Below, piece by piece: positions 60,679 through 64,000 of a stretch of 64,000 nucleotides of DNA. The stretch is taken from the NCBI GenBank assembly GCA_001643675.2, contig LSRY02000071.1:108347-172346 (forward strand), given 5' to 3'. The notes beneath the pieces are model-generated. The model was not told where the DNA came from. It ran no database searches and saw only the letters and a list, made by a program, of their open reading frames with translations. Each line of letters starts with the position of its first letter. The first letter of the stretch is position 1. The DNA is from Monocercomonoides exilis PA203 (Eukaryota > Protista > Preaxostyla). The position numbers and the translations under genes are program-made.

Positions 60679-63092
60679 GTGAGTGAGTCAAACTCCATTC
60701 CTCTCAACTCCCTCGATGCCATTTGCTTCTCTCTTCCAACTGATTTTTTTCAATATTTCAACAGCAAATGAAGCATGCTCGCCTTCAACCACCTCCTCAT
60801 GCCAAGCTACATGTTTTATAAGTAGTTGCTCATTTTCGTCAGTCTGTGACGTTTATGATGGAGGTATTGTTCCTTCACTCAACAACCCCTTAGTCTTTTT
60901 GACAGCCTCAAACACCTCGTTTGTTGGGTGTTGCAGAACAAGGAATGTTGAATGTGAAGGAACTGCAGACAGAAAGTTGATTCCAGACAGACAGAACACA
61001 ACAGCCAATGGAGCAAACTCATTCACTTGGTGTGAATGGAATGGATCGAAGACAACAGGAGAAAGCGATTCTGTTTCAGATGGAATATCGAGTGGCGGGG
61101 CAATCTGCATGTTCAGTCAATCAAATGCCTCTGTGTCTGTTTCTCATTGCACTTTCAGCAGCTGCTATGCTCATTATGCAGGGGCGGTATAAATTGCTAC
61201 AATATCAAATCGATTGAGATTGAAAACAACACATTTGATTCTTGTACTGCACAGAATTATCGTGGGGGTGGAATATTCATTTATTTGATTTTGAAATGTG
61301 TTCGGATCAGCGGGTGCGAATTCCAGAATTGTAAAGCATATAGCCATGGAGGAGGACTTTATTTGGATAATTTTCAGGTTTCAGAGGCAAACTGTATTGG
61401 AGCTGAAAATGGAGAAGGGAGAGTGCGTGTGTGTTTGACTGCAGTTTCACTTCATGCTCATTGACAAACAATTATGGAGGAGGTATGTTTTGCTATAATG
61501 TTCCTGGCACACAATTCAAAATGAGGAGCATTCAGTTTATTTCATGTTCTGCGTTGGCAAGGGAGGAGGATTTTATTTTGATCCAAACAAGCTACACCAA
61601 AAATAATTCAAAGTCGAAAAACTTTCAATCAAAATCGAAAAACTTTCAACCAAAGTCGAAAAACTTTCAAACGAAATCGAAAATTATTATTCAAAGTTGG
61701 AAAACTTTCATTCAAAGTCGAAAGTTTTCATTCGAAGTCGAAAAAGTTTCATTCAAAGTCGAAAATTATTATTCAAAGTCGAAAAAGTTGCAAACGAAAT
61801 CGAAAACTTTCAATCGAAATCGAAAGACTTTCAAACAAAGTCGAAAATTTCACAAAAAATAAATGTAAAATAAAAAGTATTCCACAAAAGATGAAAATAT
61901 TCTTTTGTTTTTGGATATATTATCAGCAATGTTTGCGTTGTCGATTTCTGCAAATTTTAAAGATTGCGAACCAAAATTAATTCAAAAATCAACTCAAAAC
62001 ACATCTCAGAACATTTGTTTCCTTCAATAAGAAATGAGTCGTTTGTGATGAAAAAACTTTAAATAAGAGAGTCAATAATGTGTTCTTTATTCTTCATTAA
62101 ATAGGAAAAAAATAACAATTTTCTGAAGTAAATTTTCTGTGAAGAAGAGTGCTTTCAACTGAAATGAGATAAAAATATGTCAGAATTTCTCTCATAATTT
62201 TAAATTTGTAATTGGTCTTAAGAAAGCTAAGAAAAACACCGGAAAAAAGATAAAAACATTTTTATTACAAATGTGATTGATATTTCAACAAAAACAATGT
62301 TTTTTGACTTGTATTAATTTTTGTCATCTTTTGAAAATTTAAAGTTTTTCGAACTTTCGACTTTGTTTGAAAGTTTTTCGACTTTGTTTGAAAGTTTTTC
62401 GATTTCGATTGAAAGTTTTTCGATTTCGTTTGCAACTTTTTCGACTTTGAATTATAATTTTCGACTTTGAATGAAACTTTTCGACTTCGAATGAAAACTT
62501 TCGACTTTGAATGAAAGTTTTCCGACTTTGAATAATAATTTTCGATTTCGTTTGAAAGTTTTTCGACTTTGGTTGAAAGTTTTTCGATTTTGAATAATTT
62601 TGGTGTAACAGCACAAAATGAAACAATTTATTGCTATTTCCTCTTCTTCCATGAATGCAACTGTTTGGCCAATATTCCATATGGTAATGATATGATGTAT
62701 GTTGATTATTACAATGTTTTTGAGCACAGGAAATCCGTTCTATGAATGCTACACCACAAACACAGATGAGAAGAGAATGTGCTATGCGTATAATTACTCG
62801 AATGCAGGTGCCTGGACATTTGATCAATCAATGAAAAAGGATTGGCTGAAGGACAAGACAATTTATGTTTCGGTGAATGGAAATGACTTGAATGAGCTGT
62901 GTGGGGCAAATGAATTAAATCCGTGTCTGACGGTGAAGAAAGCGTTTGAGATGTGTGAGGTGCAGATTAGCTTGGCAATCACGCTGCTGGATGGGAATCA
63001 CAAAAGCGAGGTGACAACAATTGAGGCTGGATCAAAGAAGATTTCAGTCATTGGGAAGGGAAGGGAAGCAAGTTCGATTGGAACAAGAGCTG
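60679..63092 (+). pseudogene. Cassette C14, module B, interrupted by a 1,011-bp transposon and several homopolymer frameshifts (positional mirror of C5)
   Basis: ORF pieces 60683-61192, 61036-61464, 61431- and 62699-63223 carry consecutive family anchors. Removing the insertion restores ...FDPNKLTAQNETIYCYFLFFHEC. Confidence 0.88.
61595..62605. mobile_element. Non-autonomous foldback-like DNA transposon, 1,011 bp, CACC...GGTG ends, TA TSD, ~260-bp TIRs built from ~21-bp tandem units
   Basis: TA at 61593-61594 and 62606-62607; arms ~61595-61852 and ~62336-62605 made of (TTCAAACAAAGTCGAAAAACT)-like units; AT-rich non-coding centre. Confidence 0.88.
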
Positions 63093-64000
63093 TTTTGCTT
63101 TTATTCTCTGCTCAGCAGTTTTTTAATCATCCGTTTTTTTATTTTCCTCCTTCTCATCGTTGCCCTATGAAAAAGCGTATCTCAGTCACTTTAGCTGTCT
63201 TCATAACAACAAAAGAATTCTAGCGGCTTCTAATCAATTTTTCTGCTTTTATTGGTTTTTACTGGGTAAACTTTCATGAGCAGAAAGAAGGAGGAGCAGA
63301 AAGATAGAGGCTGAGTCTTTGTTGGCTATGATAATTGTGTAGGTTGTGCCAAATGTACATTTATCATCACCAACTTTTTCATCAATAATTTTAAAAAAAA
63401 AAAATAAACCTTCATCCTCCTCTTTTTTTCATTTTCTTCCTACTTCTTCTTTATCATCGTAATCTTTTTTCTTCCTCTTCTTCATTTTTCTAGTCTATGC
63501 ATTAGATTCTGGCCAGGAGTTAATTGAGTGGAAGAACTGAGGGTTTTAAAGGGGTGGTTTTTGAGGTCAAAGGGAAGCGATGCAATCGGAAATGGGATCG
63601 GCAGCAGAGATGGGGCAAGCGGGTGTGCCAGCAGAAAGGACGATATTTAGAGGAGGAGGAGGAAGAGGAGGAAAAGAAAAAGAAGAAGAAACGACGAGTT
63701 GGAAAAAGTCAGCGAAAAAAAAATCGAATAAAAAGGTTTCTTGTATGTTTTGTTTTGTTTTTTTCTTGCACAAAGGTTATGCCTTGATGCTTATTTTTCT
63801 GATTTTCATATATTTCATAAATGATTTTATTTCGATCATTTTTCTTGTATATTTGTATTGTTGTGTACTTAGAATTTTTTTACGAATGCCAATTAAAGCG
63901 ATGAAAGAAAAATGGATTTTTTGAAAAAAGCAGAAGATTGCAACAAAAGAAAAAGGGATATGAGGAAAGCAGACGATGAAGAAGGGCAGAAAAGATGAAA

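Noticed and set aside
61595-62605. CRISPR array, or the SKSKNFQ-repeat ORFs as proteins
   Set aside because: The units are contiguous with no unique spacers, there are no cas genes, and they form the inverted arms of a TA-flanked insertion.
709-63092. Diversity-generating retroelement or recombinase shufflon as the diversifier
   Set aside because: No reverse transcriptase or site-specific recombinase ORF is in the window. Variation is not visibly adenine-specific, and exchange looks non-reciprocal with varied endpoints.

Overview
AT-rich eukaryotic DNA with intron-like GT..AG segments, eukaryotic-type DNA transposons and no operons. By recollection only, it resembles an oxymonad/metamonad such as Monocercomonoides. 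The window is built from two overlapping giant inverted repeats: P1 centred at ~11.45 kb and P2 centred at ~37.8 kb, with recognisable arms from ~15.1 to ~63.1 kb. They carry 14 copies (C1-C14) of a ~1.45-kb cassette encoding a Cys-rich GGG/GGAI + FxxC repeat domain, predicted to be a pectin-lyase-like/Pmp-like right-handed beta-helix typical of surface proteins. The cores are mostly open, but their 5' leaders are decayed and their 3' ends are truncated at staggered points. The cores are patchworks of one another. One mirror pair (C8/C11) shows a discrete ~430-bp segment replaced by sequence of a paralogue (C12/C7). Best interpretation (inference): a palindrome-organised archive of silent donor cassettes diversified by segmental gene conversion, analogous to vlsE/VSG/pilS antigenic-variation archives. 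Three transposon insertions are resolved with TSDs: an intact 1,462-bp Merlin (IS1595/ISXO2-type DDE) element, a 240-bp MITE and a 1,011-bp foldback-like element. No rRNA, tRNA or CRISPR was seen. All alignments were done by eye.
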